A stretch of DNA of 56,680 nt from IMG/VR virus record IMGVR_UViG_3300032893_000055, positions 1 through 56,680 of that record; one strand, written 5' to 3'. Shown one piece after another: positions 9,862 to 19,565 of the stretch (positions are counted from its first letter, which is position 1; each line of letters begins with the position of its first letter). This DNA comes from a virus (lineage: Duplodnaviria > Caudoviricetes). The notes below the pieces were generated by a model. It was not told the origin of the DNA. It made no database searches and saw only the letters and a list, made by a program, of their open reading frames with translations. A program made the translations under genes and the position numbers.

Positions 9862-11197
9862 TATTTTTCTTTCGTGGAGGAAGCTTGCCTTCTTTAGCTA
9901 AAATAGCAGAAACGAATTTATGAGCTTCCCAATGAGGATGTTTAGATTGCATTACTGAGTTAGGAAGTACTATACCGCCTTCGTCTAGGTTTTTAGGCAC
10001 TATGTCGTTGCGATAATCGTTTCCTGGGTATTTAGGTTTACCAGGGATTTTCTCGGCAGCGTCTATAGGATTAAGTTTGCCTTTAGCGACTTTTTCTACT
10101 TTTTCAGGAGGAAGATACCCTTCACCTTTAGACACTAACGCAGGGACTTTACCGCCTTTAGCAGCCATCATTTCGACAGGTGCAGCCATTGCTTGCGGTT
10201 GGGAAGACATAACATCCATAGGTCCGCCAGCCATTGCTTGAGGCTGAGGATTAGATTTAAACAAATCGCCTAAATGTTGGATACCTGATCTAATACCTTG
10301 GCCTAATGCTTGACCAAGCTGTTGTCCGCCTTTAGTTAAAGGCGAAGTTTTATCAGATCCAGTAAGGTTTTCGTTTTGTTGCATCCATTGGCCTATTTTA
10401 GATTTAGGACCTTGCGATTGGAATTGGATGTTAATAGGTTGAGTTTTTAAAGGTTCAGTTCCGGCGACTTCACCGCCTTCGTCATAATGAGGAACTTTAC
10501 CGCCTTCAGCAGCTAGCATAAGTCCCATTCCTAGACCGCCCGCTACGTTACCGAGTAATCCCATTTGGCCTTGAGCTACTGCACCTGCTACGCCTGCGTT
10601 AGCTTGGTTCATTCCTGAAGCCATACCTACGTTAGCATTGTTTTGAGCAGCTATTGCATTAAGGATGTTTTGTTGTTCGGCTTGAGTCGCACCAGTATAA
10701 TCTTGAACACCTTGTTGAAGTTGAGCAGCTTGAGTACCGGCTATACCGCCCATTTGTTGTAACGCGCCTAAGCTCTGCTGAGCTTGCATTTGAGCAGCTT
10801 GACCTACAGCTTGTTGCTGAGTGTTAGCGCCTTGTTGAGCGGCTTGTCTAGCCATTAAACCTACGTTTTGGGCCGCACCGCGCTGGCCTGCCATTAAAGC
10901 AGCTTGATTAGCGACGTTTTGGCCTGTAGCTTGAGACAACATAGCTTGAGCAGGATTAGGACCTTGTCCTGAAGCTATGTTTTGAAGTTGATTGAATACG
11001 TTTGATTGGTTTTGGAGAGCGTTTTGACCTTGTAAAGCTTGTACGAAGGTTTGTTGTTGCTGAAGTGCGTTTTGAGCTTGTTTATACTGCTCGTCGGCTT
11101 GTGCGACTGTAGCAGGATTAAGTATGTTAGCGCCTCTAGCTTGGAAATTTACGCCGGAGCCACCGCCGCCGGTCAGAGCAGATACAATCGAGCCCAT
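9854..11197 (-). CDS. Internal virion (pilot/ejection) protein, Q/A/G-rich, with xxGG motifs and a globular C-terminal domain
   Basis: Gly-rich N-terminus, long Q/A stretch, AAEGG, YDEGG, AAKGG; C-terminal VPALVSKGE..DIVPKNLDEGGIVLP. Confidence 0.6.
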   Translation of the reverse strand: MGSIVSALTGGGGSGVNFQARGANILNPATVAQADEQYKQAQNALQQQQTFVQALQGQNALQNQSNVFNQLQNIASGQGPNPAQAMLSQATGQNVANQAALMAGQRGAAQNVGLMARQAAQQGANTQQQAVGQAAQMQAQQSLGALQQMGGIAGTQAAQLQQGVQDYTGATQAEQQNILNAIAAQNNANVGMASGMNQANAGVAGAVAQGQMGLLGNVAGGLGMGLMLAAEGGKVPHYDEGGEVAGTEPLKTQPINIQFQSQGPKSKIGQWMQQNENLTGSDKTSPLTKGGQQLGQALGQGIRSGIQHLGDLFKSNPQPQAMAGGPMDVMSSQPQAMAAPVEMMAAKGGKVPALVSKGEGYLPPEKVEKVAKGKLNPIDAAEKIPGKPKYPGNDYRNDIVPKNLDEGGIVLPNSVMQSKHPHWEAHKFVSAILAKEGKLPPRKKNNV

Positions 11198-11219
11198 GAC
11201 ACTCCTAAGGCAAAGAAAT

Positions 11220-11244
11220 GCCTCAGGTTAGTCAAAATGTCCAT
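11220..11244 (-). promoter_or_regulatory. 25-bp repeated motif, copy 1 (candidate late promoter/operator)
   Basis: Minus-strand ATGGACATTTTGACTAACCTGAGGC, identical to 37224-37248; 22 nt upstream of the 11197 start. Confidence 0.7.
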
Positions 11245-11665
11245 AATCGTCTAGGTTTAAGCCTATTAATGTTTGAGAAATGATTTTAAATCCTATAGAT
11301 TGTGCTCGTTTGAGTATACCAGAATCAGCAGTAAACGCTAAAATACCTTGTATTTTGAGCCGTTTTGCTTCTAAAACTAATGAATCTACTGTAATTTTGA
11401 TACCTTCGTGTCTAATTTGGCTGCCAAAATAACCACACGATACCAGCGTATCGATTTGAGCATAAAAAGGCTCTACTTTACGCAGAAAGCCTGCTGCGAC
11501 CGGTTGTTTGCCGTAATAAGCTATATAACCTATTTTAGGCAGAGTTTTCATTTTAATAGACTCAATATCAGGATATTTCTGAGATTCTAACAAACTAATT
11601 AAGTCTTTATAATGTTTAAACTTAAACGGTGTAACTGATATTTCAACCGAAGCTTTGTCCTGCAT
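11228..11665 (-). CDS. GNAT-fold acetyltransferase-like protein of the tail/ejection module
   Basis: Size and beta/alpha pattern (GYIAY..PVAAGFL..IRHEGI..AQSIGFK); position between nozzle and ejection genes. Confidence 0.5.
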   Translation of the reverse strand: MQDKASVEISVTPFKFKHYKDLISLLESQKYPDIESIKMKTLPKIGYIAYYGKQPVAAGFLRKVEPFYAQIDTLVSCGYFGSQIRHEGIKITVDSLVLEAKRLKIQGILAFTADSGILKRAQSIGFKIISQTLIGLNLDDYGHFD

Positions 11666-14600
11666 TTTGAGTTCTATGTCCTCGTTTAACGCCTATAATA
11701 ACGTTCATTCCTGATAAAGTCAATCCAGCTCCGGCTGCTACGCCTAAGCTAGGATCGTATAATTCATTAATAGTTATTTGAACTGTTTCACATTTTTGTT
11801 GTGAAGGATAAAATCTAGACTGAAATGTATTCCCAGGTCCACCCCAAGGTTGACCGCCGCCCCACTGAGCTTCGCCGCCCCAAGGACTAGTATAATTGTT
11901 AGGAGCTATTTGTATGTTTTGGATGGCGTTAGGATTATAATCATAAGCTAACTGCACATTAAGCTTAAACGGAGTATAATACACTCCTAACAAATAAGCG
12001 AAATAAAATCTTTCGAACCCTTGTAATCCAGCTAAACTTAACCAACTAGTAGTAAAACTCATTAATACTGGGGAAGATCCGTCTAAATATTGTCCTGGGG
12101 ATTCTTGGTAAACGCCAGCGTATTTGTTTAAATACGTATGCATGCCTTGGTATAACGTAGCTGATATAGCAAACACGTTAGTAAACGTACCCCATTGCTG
12201 GTAGAAGTAGTCGTACATTAACGTTATATTGTTGTCTAACACGAACCTTACTTGGTTAGTCCCTGGTATGGTTTGGGCTGATTTGACAATATTGTTGTTA
12301 TACAACTCGACTGGAGCGCCGATATACATCGTGTTTAAATCTCGTCCTAAAAGCCATATTCCTTTATCAGATTGAAACATCAAGCCATTAGGCATTAATA
12401 CTATGGATTGTGGGTTTGCGCATCCTACAGCCGAAGTAATGAATATAGGCTCGCTATAAGTGCTATTACTGCCTGTGTTATCAGGTCCGTTACCATTTAT
12501 ATAGTATATAGCGTCTCGTTTAAATATAATAAGCTTATCGTCCATACTAGCTAATGCTGTAGAAGGTCCTGTAGATCCTTGAGCACCGGATGTAGGAGCG
12601 ATGTAAAGTGTCAATAAATCAGACATTTCTACTGGAGTAGCTTCGATTACTTGTTTTGAATACCATAACAAGTTAGGATCTTCGGCATCTATTAGCCATA
12701 ACCTATTGTTAAACAACGCTAAATCGTTACACGCTGGAGGAGCTATGTTTTCGATTACACCGCCAGTTGTGTAAATTATTGAATTACCTATGATATCTGA
12801 ATCTGCAAACGTGTCTGTAAACGTTACCGAGTCTGTAGTAGGATCGTTTAACAATGGTGAATTAATAGAAGTAACTTGGTAATAGATTTGGTTAGCAGCA
12901 CTCCAGCGATAAACAGTTATTTTAACGTTGGATTTATAAGTAAGTCTCAAAGTTGGAATATTAACGGTATTCGTACTAGACGAACCCGTTGTCGTGATAG
13001 TCACAGGAACGCTGGGGGCGCTTCTGAATATATTACCTTGATTGTCAGTCCACTCATAAATGACTTGGTAGAAATACTGCTGAGCGGTTATACTTCCGCC
13101 TGAAGTACTAGTAGTTACTTCGATGTTATCCGGCCAAACAAAAAACCCGTTTTCAGTAGGTGATGCACCGTCATAGCTCCAAACGAATCCGCCAGTTATG
13201 TTTAAATCGTTACCGATTTCTACTGAAGCTAAGTTAGATTGGTTGTAAGTAAACTTGCTAAGATTAATACCTGTTTGGGCGTATATACCGGCTGAAGTAG
13301 TTACACCTTGCGTTTTATTGACAGCTTCGAGCAAGTCTTTAAACAAATAAGAAACCTGAATAGTATTATTACTTACAGTAGTATTGGGAAGACCATAAGT
13401 ATAATAACTACCCGCATTCGAGTACGCTAGTTTAGCGGCTATTATGTTAGAATCAGCGTTTATAAGGAAGTATGTCGGTTGGTATAAGCTGTAGTAAATA
13501 CTCAAGAAATAGTTAGTATTATTCATTATAAAGCTTTTACTAGCTAATCCTATACTTCGCATACAAACGCTAGCTGTGCCTACAGTACCGGATTGAGTAA
13601 TAGTGTTCTTTTTAATATAATGTGTAGGGATAGATGAATCATATGAATAATTGTTACTAAATTCATAAAAAAAACTACAAACCGAATTACTAGCGTTAGC
13701 GGTTATGTTTACGACGCCGGAAGCGCTTATAATCGATGTAGGAGCTAATACTTGATGACCTAATGTATCGACGGCAAGTGCATGCCCTGTATTACCGCTA
13801 GAATCATAATACACAGCCCATATAATAGGAGATATACCGCTAGAATCAACGCACATGCTCATTACAGTAGCTTTTTGGCTTGAAAATACTGTGGGCGATA
13901 CTGGTGATTGGCCTTGAACTACTCTAGATTTAGGCAAAACAGCTAGTTTTATACTTTGTCCGCCGGATGTAGTGTTATACGCCACATATAACGTATTGTT
14001 AGCCGTTACAGCGTCGAATGACAAGCCTTGAGTAGGAGCGTACCCACTGTCGATATCGGCTGCTGTGGTAGGCATTGTAGGCGATAAACTTGAAACAGCT
14101 ATGTATTGCAGATGATAATTACCGCTAACATTCACCGTAAACAATATAACGAAATATTCGTTTAATAAAACGATTCTAGGCGATCCTGCTACGCTTCCAG
14201 TTGTTACAGGGATTAGCATCGGCGATACGATAAACTGACTAGTTGTGGAATCAAGGATAGCATATTTATAAACGTTATTAGATCCATTGTACTCAGTGTA
14301 GCCTACGCATGTTAAACCATTAGACGCTGTTACTGAATCAGCTTGGACTTGATTAAAATTGTTTTTAATCATTGATAATGTGTTTAAAAACACAGGCTGG
14401 ATGCTTCCACGGTTAACCCATGAGTTAGATCCGGATGAATAAGCGTATATATTCTGACCTATGCCTGTCAGATTACCGCTAAACGTAGTCAAATAACTAG
14501 CTGTAGCATCGGGGATGTTAGCTAACGTTTGGTAACCATTACGTTTTTGTAGCATTCCTGCTTTTGTGAAGATACTGTTTTGAAGATTAAGGAACTTACC

Positions 14601-14681
14601 AATAGGGACTTGGTATGGATCGGTTTTAGTATCCATACCCATGGAAAAATTTATATTAACGGGCTGTTTTTGAAGCGCCAT
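11643..14681 (-). CDS. Tail nozzle (tail tubular protein B / P22 gp10-like)
   Basis: 1012 aa, beta-rich; G(M)DTK..NLQNSIF..GMLQKRNGY start; FNNRLW..LWYS and LIIFKRDAIY..G.GP propeller motifs. Confidence 0.75.
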   Translation of the reverse strand: MALQKQPVNINFSMGMDTKTDPYQVPIGKFLNLQNSIFTKAGMLQKRNGYQTLANIPDATASYLTTFSGNLTGIGQNIYAYSSGSNSWVNRGSIQPVFLNTLSMIKNNFNQVQADSVTASNGLTCVGYTEYNGSNNVYKYAILDSTTSQFIVSPMLIPVTTGSVAGSPRIVLLNEYFVILFTVNVSGNYHLQYIAVSSLSPTMPTTAADIDSGYAPTQGLSFDAVTANNTLYVAYNTTSGGQSIKLAVLPKSRVVQGQSPVSPTVFSSQKATVMSMCVDSSGISPIIWAVYYDSSGNTGHALAVDTLGHQVLAPTSIISASGVVNITANASNSVCSFFYEFSNNYSYDSSIPTHYIKKNTITQSGTVGTASVCMRSIGLASKSFIMNNTNYFLSIYYSLYQPTYFLINADSNIIAAKLAYSNAGSYYTYGLPNTTVSNNTIQVSYLFKDLLEAVNKTQGVTTSAGIYAQTGINLSKFTYNQSNLASVEIGNDLNITGGFVWSYDGASPTENGFFVWPDNIEVTTSTSGGSITAQQYFYQVIYEWTDNQGNIFRSAPSVPVTITTTGSSSTNTVNIPTLRLTYKSNVKITVYRWSAANQIYYQVTSINSPLLNDPTTDSVTFTDTFADSDIIGNSIIYTTGGVIENIAPPACNDLALFNNRLWLIDAEDPNLLWYSKQVIEATPVEMSDLLTLYIAPTSGAQGSTGPSTALASMDDKLIIFKRDAIYYINGNGPDNTGSNSTYSEPIFITSAVGCANPQSIVLMPNGLMFQSDKGIWLLGRDLNTMYIGAPVELYNNNIVKSAQTIPGTNQVRFVLDNNITLMYDYFYQQWGTFTNVFAISATLYQGMHTYLNKYAGVYQESPGQYLDGSSPVLMSFTTSWLSLAGLQGFERFYFAYLLGVYYTPFKLNVQLAYDYNPNAIQNIQIAPNNYTSPWGGEAQWGGGQPWGGPGNTFQSRFYPSQQKCETVQITINELYDPSLGVAAGAGLTLSGMNVIIGVKRGHRTQNAGQSFG

Positions 14682-15175
14682 TAAACCTCATAACATAAAA
14701 ACATAACGGTCATATTAACTTGATTACCGCTAGACCCCATAAACGGATAATCGTTAGCAGGCACAGTAAAATCTAAAGGCGATTCAAATGTATAATCAGG
14801 TGAAGTCACGATAGGGATTAGCCCATAATCACCTGGGGCTTGGTTAAACATATAAGTAGGGCTGCTAGGTGCAGACGCTTGTCCGAATCCAGCTAAAGAA
14901 CTCGATGAATATCCAATAGTTATAGCATTTTGAGACGCACTCGAGTTAGACGCTGAATATATAGCTTTTAACGCGTATATGTATAATGTTTTGCCGGCTG
15001 TAACTTGATAAGCTGAAGTTCCGTTAGCTTTAATCATTGCGCTGAAATCAACACCGTTATTAATACCTGCGTACAAGCTAAACATCGTTGCATTGGCAGG
15101 TATGTTAAAAGGAACGGATACCCCACCTACTGTTGTCGTTGGCACATTGCCTAAAGTTCCTATTGGTTTAGCCAT
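14681..15175 (-). CDS. Virion protein, beta-rich
   Basis: 164 aa in the tail module, AAGGAG RBS. Confidence 0.5.
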   Translation of the reverse strand: MAKPIGTLGNVPTTTVGGVSVPFNIPANATMFSLYAGINNGVDFSAMIKANGTSAYQVTAGKTLYIYALKAIYSASNSSASQNAITIGYSSSSLAGFGQASAPSSPTYMFNQAPGDYGLIPIVTSPDYTFESPLDFTVPANDYPFMGSSGNQVNMTVMFLCYEV

Positions 15176-15183
15176 AATACTCC

Positions 15184-16218
15184 TTAATATTGCATTCCTT
15201 GAATAAAACTACCTGTTCCATTGTCTGTAATAGTAGCTGACGCGCTAGTCCAGAAATCTATGATTTGAACGCCTGCTACGTTTAAGTCTATTGAAATATC
15301 TCCTGTAACTCGGATTGTTTGGAACAACCCTAAGTCTGCGCCTGAAGCAAACTCCAAAGTACCGCTGATTACAGTTCCGTAACCTTGACCTTGGATGTTT
15401 AATCGTTTGTCGATTACTACGTTTTCAGTATAAGTACCTGATAATACTAAAATATTTGTATCTGCGGATACTGCTGTAATAGCAGCGCCTATAGTACTAT
15501 AAGTACCGCCTGTGCCTACAGTAACGTTATAACTAACAGGCTGAGTCCCTAAATTACCGCTAGTGTCTACTGTTATCAAAGAAGAAACGCTAGGCGGTGA
15601 CGGCTCCACGTTCATCGTGCCGCTAGAATCAATAGTAATTATTCCTTTGACAGAAGGCAACGACGGTAAAGTAATACCGAAGTTAGACCCCATGGCGTTA
15701 GGAGGTGATAAAGTCAAAGCTTTTGAGTTAGCGGATGAGTTTCTTAATAAAAACGAAGCTCCGTCGATGTTAGCAGCGGTGTTAGTAGCAGACTGGAATA
15801 TAAACGTTCCGCCGCTATAACTAGCGCTTGCTGTACCTGAAGGAAGGCCTGATATACTGCCGGCTCCTCCAGCTGGACTCCCACCTTGTGTTAAACGGAT
15901 TTGATTACCGCCTACATCGTTATAATACAAATCAACGCCAGACACGTATACACAACCTAGATCAGACGATCCTGACAATGGAGCTGATTGTGGTACATAC
16001 CGGCTAGAACGTAATGACAAGGCGTTATTGCTGTTAAAACTTAAATCTAGGTTAATGTTCATCCCTAGCGGAGTTATTTGAACTCCTCGGCCTGGAGTAT
16101 GATCGTGTGCATCGATTAATGTTAAGCAATTGTTAATATCTATAGCGTATTGAGGGCCTTGTTCGCTGCCCACGTTAGGAATAGGTAAATTCATGTCAGG
16201 GGAGTTAGTTGTACCCAT
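15184..16218 (-). CDS. Tail spike/fibre-like protein
   Basis: G/S/T-rich; VGTGGTYSTIGAAI..ILVLSGTYTENVVIDKRLNIQGQG is a beta-helix N-cap; start placed at the TAATG overlap (16218). Confidence 0.55.
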   Translation of the reverse strand: MGTTNSPDMNLPIPNVGSEQGPQYAIDINNCLTLIDAHDHTPGRGVQITPLGMNINLDLSFNSNNALSLRSSRYVPQSAPLSGSSDLGCVYVSGVDLYYNDVGGNQIRLTQGGSPAGGAGSISGLPSGTASASYSGGTFIFQSATNTAANIDGASFLLRNSSANSKALTLSPPNAMGSNFGITLPSLPSVKGIITIDSSGTMNVEPSPPSVSSLITVDTSGNLGTQPVSYNVTVGTGGTYSTIGAAITAVSADTNILVLSGTYTENVVIDKRLNIQGQGYGTVISGTLEFASGADLGLFQTIRVTGDISIDLNVAGVQIIDFWTSASATITDNGTGSFIQGMQY

Positions 16219-16502
16219 TAATACACCCATAATGACGCAGTCACAGCTGCGTCTGAAACAAGCGTTAAAGTTTTATCATTAAAAGGTTGGGACCTGTATA
16301 CTGAGGCTGAGCCATTGATGTCTGTTATAATCCATCCTTGCTGAGTCCTGCCTAATAAATGATTAACTACCGTAGTACCGTTGATAAGATTAACGTTTTT
16401 AAGCTGCAAACCTTGTAGTATTGGGTTTGCAAGTATTGGATCTAATTGAGATTTCCATTGGTTTTGGAGTTGTTCTAATGGAAGTCTAGTAGGTAATGCC
16501 AT
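16218..16502 (-). CDS. Small tail protein
   Basis: VNHLLGR..GWII motif; translationally coupled on both sides. Confidence 0.5.
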   Translation of the reverse strand: MALPTRLPLEQLQNQWKSQLDPILANPILQGLQLKNVNLINGTTVVNHLLGRTQQGWIITDINGSASVYRSQPFNDKTLTLVSDAAVTASLWVY

Positions 16503-17578
16503 CAGAATCCCCCGATTGCCCCGTTACGACCGCCGAACCAACCATTAGCCCAATTACCATAGTTAACGTCTGAGATTTTATCAGGCATTCCAGCATCTCG
16601 GTTGACAGCAGATTCTTCGATACGTTTTTGGAGGGCTGCTAACTGAAGGATTAAGTTAGTTGTATCAGATTCTTCTTTAGTTAAAGCATAATATGCAGCT
16701 TTAACAATAACGTATTCGATCCAACCGCTTATGCTGACTACAGTCATGTCTGTATCAGACAAAAGTTGTTTAAGTCTGGGGATATACCAAAGTCTGAGTT
16801 TTTGGCCAGCACTTGGCGTTGGTATGAATTCGATTTGTTGAGTACCATCGGATTTTTGGCCCAATAATCTATATTGAAGATTAAAAACACCATATATGGT
16901 CGAGGCTGTATTAGGATAAACGAATCTATTACGGTCTGAAAACTGAAATTTGTTTACTGTTACGAAGCCGTTAGCAGCGTTATTAAGCGCTAAATCAACG
17001 CCTAACAATTTATAAAACGCAGGCGGAACAAACATAGTTGTGCCATCTACACCATTTGTAAACGTATTAGATCCATTAGGAAGGTCGAACAAGAACGTAG
17101 TACCGTCAGACGTGAACTGAATAGGCGTAGTTATAAAATAGTCTTCGTAGAGTGTGACTAATAAGTCATACAACTCAAACATGCTTTGATTAATATAACT
17201 GTTCCATTCGGGCAAACTAACGAAATTCGAGTTAACCCGGTCGGCACGTTGCTGAGCCGCTAGTCTTATTTGGGCTAAACTCATTTCACCTGTAGGGACT
17301 GGGATAGCGGACTGGGGAATAGTATATATACTCGTACCACTCCCGTTAGCAGCAGCTACCTGATACCAATATTTAACACCTAAAGTTACAGCAGAGTCTA
17401 CATATTGCGTAGCTAAAGGCGAACCGGATACAGTCGCTATGATCGTATAAGTTACGTTATCTTGACTACGTTGAACAATATAAGATGTAGCCCCTGCTGA
17501 TTGGTCCCAGGAAACTAAGTTCTGCTGATTAGCAGTTTGTACATATAAATTCTGAGGTGTGCTAGGGGCTCCAGCCAT
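16502..17578 (-). CDS. Head-tail adaptor (tubular protein A-like) with N-terminal fibronectin type III domain
   Basis: PSTPQNL..VSW..ATSYIVQRS..YVD..YWYQVAAANG.G.S is FN3; followed by LAQIR..AQQRAD..YINQS..ELYD adaptor-like region. Start at 17578 behind AAGGAG. Confidence 0.65.
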   Translation of the reverse strand: MAGAPSTPQNLYVQTANQQNLVSWDQSAGATSYIVQRSQDNVTYTIIATVSGSPLATQYVDSAVTLGVKYWYQVAAANGSGTSIYTIPQSAIPVPTGEMSLAQIRLAAQQRADRVNSNFVSLPEWNSYINQSMFELYDLLVTLYEDYFITTPIQFTSDGTTFLFDLPNGSNTFTNGVDGTTMFVPPAFYKLLGVDLALNNAANGFVTVNKFQFSDRNRFVYPNTASTIYGVFNLQYRLLGQKSDGTQQIEFIPTPSAGQKLRLWYIPRLKQLLSDTDMTVVSISGWIEYVIVKAAYYALTKEESDTTNLILQLAALQKRIEESAVNRDAGMPDKISDVNYGNWANGWFGGRNGAIGGF

Positions 17579-17656
17579 ATTCTCCTTAGAAAAATTTAGG
17601 CGTCTTTTTTCTTTAAGCGGCACCCAAGGTTTCTAGCCTTGTCCCGCACCTAAAAT

Positions 17657-18379
17657 TTATTCGCCTTGAACTTGAACTGAACTATCGCTTAAATAGAACT
17701 GTAAGCTGATTACTGAACCGTCTACAGGGGCAGCAATTGCACCAGTGTTATCGCGACAAGCTAAAATGATTTGAGCACCAAAACCTTGGCTTGAACTTGG
17801 GTTAGGAGCTAAACTAAGATTAGCATCGCCTACAGTTTCAATCGACATAATACCTGATCCAGCGGCAGCTGGGGCCATTACGCGTGAAGAAGACGTGTTA
17901 GCGCTTCCACCGTTAGACGAAGCAATAAAACTTACGCCTACAGCTGGAGTAACGCCTTTAGGAAGACCAATACTCTGCCATTTAGATAAACTTGCGTCTC
18001 CTACAGTAGTGATGATATAAGGATGTCCAACTGTTAAAGCTGAGTTGTCAATTTTTACTGCGCTTCCTGAAGCTGGGGACACAATAGCATTATAACCATT
18101 GAAAATACGGTTATAATTGTCCTGAAGCTGAATAACGATAACACCTGATTCAGGGTTAGGGTTAGTGATTGAGATGTTTGGAGTTGCTGGGTTTGAATTA
18201 CCTGCTCCAGGTGTAGACGAAGTGTGCATAAAAACGTTTTGAACCATTGGACCTTTTAAAGACCTGATTCCTAAACCGTTTCCGTTAGATGAGTCTACTA
18301 CGAAATTGCAGTCAATCATTACTGGTTTGACATGCATTGCATACATTTTTCCGCCGTTGGCGAAATTGCGATGAGCCAT
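17657..18379 (-). CDS. Virion structural protein (decoration/minor head candidate)
   Basis: 240 aa, S/G/N-rich; first gene of the tail block. Confidence 0.45.
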   Translation of the reverse strand: MAHRNFANGGKMYAMHVKPVMIDCNFVVDSSNGNGLGIRSLKGPMVQNVFMHTSSTPGAGNSNPATPNISITNPNPESGVIVIQLQDNYNRIFNGYNAIVSPASGSAVKIDNSALTVGHPYIITTVGDASLSKWQSIGLPKGVTPAVGVSFIASSNGGSANTSSSRVMAPAAAGSGIMSIETVGDANLSLAPNPSSSQGFGAQIILACRDNTGAIAAPVDGSVISLQFYLSDSSVQVQGE

Positions 18380-18482
18380 ATTACCCTCTTAAGCCCCTAT
18401 ATTGTACTAAACGCATATAGCATTTAGCTCACCGTTCAGCCTAGGGGTTGGCCTAGCGGGTAGGTCTAGAGGGAATCTCAAG

Positions 18483-18507
18483 GCCTCAGGGTAGTCAAAA
18501 TGTCCAT
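18483..18507 (-). promoter_or_regulatory. 25-bp repeated motif, copy 2
   Basis: Plus-strand GCCTCAGGGTAGTCAAAATGTCCAT, 24/25 identical to copies 1 and 3; heads the tail block. Confidence 0.7.
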
Positions 18508-18773
18508 TAGATGTCTTGTTTTCGTTTCCTAATGAAATCTACGCGTATTATATGGCCTTGTTTGTCTTTTTTAGAGGATTTGATGGCTGTGATCATTTGT
18601 TCGTAATGTTTAACTGCGTTATAAATGCTTTCGAAAGGTCCATAGCCTTGAGGAGAGGCGTTGTCTTTCCAGTAATACTGGTCTATACCGCCTTCGGGAC
18701 GGAAGAATGTGGGGGGAGCTTGGATTGAATATACTTCTAACGAGCCTAGTTTGAATATCAGTTTAGGAATCAT
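18507..18773 (-). CDS. Hypothetical protein
   Basis: 88 aa ORF in a tightly packed minus-strand run. Confidence 0.6.
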   Translation of the reverse strand: MIPKLIFKLGSLEVYSIQAPPTFFRPEGGIDQYYWKDNASPQGYGPFESIYNAVKHYEQMITAIKSSKKDKQGHIIRVDFIRKRKQDI

Positions 18774-18942
18774 ATGGTATTATTTTATACTCCCAGTTGT
18801 GAAAACTTGATATATATGCTTTTATATATTGTATAGCAGCGTATTCGTTATGACAATATATGTCTGTTTGAATTATATGGCCTTTAGGCGATTGGATCTC
18901 CCATTTAAAAGGTGCCGTCTGGACCATATACACTGTTAGCAC
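18763..18942 (-). CDS. Hypothetical protein (59 aa, below ORF-track cutoff)
   Basis: GTG start, reads ..MVQTAPFKWEIQSPKGHIIQTDIYCHNEY..IIPYDS*; fills the gap and overlaps both neighbours. Confidence 0.55.
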   Translation of the reverse strand: MLTVYMVQTAPFKWEIQSPKGHIIQTDIYCHNEYAAIQYIKAYISSFHNWEYKIIPYDS

Positions 18943-19136
18943 AAATACCCTTTATAATTGAGCCTAGCTTCTATATCTTTAAGCTCATCTATAAGCGTGT
19001 CTACTACGTCTAATCGATTTTCTTTATAAGAAAGTTTGATTATTTCGTTTATTTCTTCGACACGTTCCACTATTTTATGGAAAGCATCCATGCTCATAGT
19101 TTCTGGTTTAAGGGTTAAATATTCAAAATTATTCAT
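18936..19136 (-). CDS. Hypothetical protein
   Basis: 66 aa helical ORF overlapping neighbours. Confidence 0.6.
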   Translation of the reverse strand: MNNFEYLTLKPETMSMDAFHKIVERVEEINEIIKLSYKENRLDVVDTLIDELKDIEARLNYKGYLC

Positions 19137-19344
19137 ATTTATTAAAAACTAAGTTCCAATTGTTTAACACACTTACATACCCATAAGTAATCACCAGGTT
19201 AGACAAATGCATTTCTAAATCAGGTTGTATCAAACTAGATCCGTTAAAAAAATGATTGATTTGAGGTTTTCCATACCAATGGATTAAATCGAACAATCTG
19301 TCACAAATCTGACTGTCATATGGTGATGTTTTAAATGCTCTCAT
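19129..19344 (-). CDS. Hypothetical protein
   Basis: 71 aa, GGAGG RBS, ATGA overlap. Confidence 0.6.
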   Translation of the reverse strand: MRAFKTSPYDSQICDRLFDLIHWYGKPQINHFFNGSSLIQPDLEMHLSNLVITYGYVSVLNNWNLVFNKYE

Positions 19345-19565
19345 TTTAAATCCTCCAATACTTGTTTGGCGAGCATTCCTATTTCTATAGTAAGATTGCC
19401 CGCGTTAATATATCCATAATCCGCAATTTCGTCTATCTTTTTGATATCTATATGTTTTGTATCAGCATAAAACGTTAATGCTTTAACTAAACGCTCTATT
19501 TTGTTTTCTAAGTCTTCGATTTCATTAAACAAGTCTCGTTTTGATAATCTGATATCATATTCCAT
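19341..19565 (-). CDS. Hypothetical protein
   Basis: 74 aa; coiled coil then ALTFYAD. Confidence 0.6.
   Translation of the reverse strand: MEYDIRLSKRDLFNEIEDLENKIERLVKALTFYADTKHIDIKKIDEIADYGYINAGNLTIEIGMLAKQVLEDLK

Noticed and set aside
1122-15820. Plus-strand ORFs opposite the structural genes (e.g. 1122, 2080, 5502, 6771, 15563)
   Set aside because: Antisense shadows of long minus-strand genes with biased codons; no recognisable motifs.
17591-17656. Hairpin between 17657 and 17578 as a terminator
   Set aside because: Interrupted stem with no U-tract on the coding strand; function unclear.
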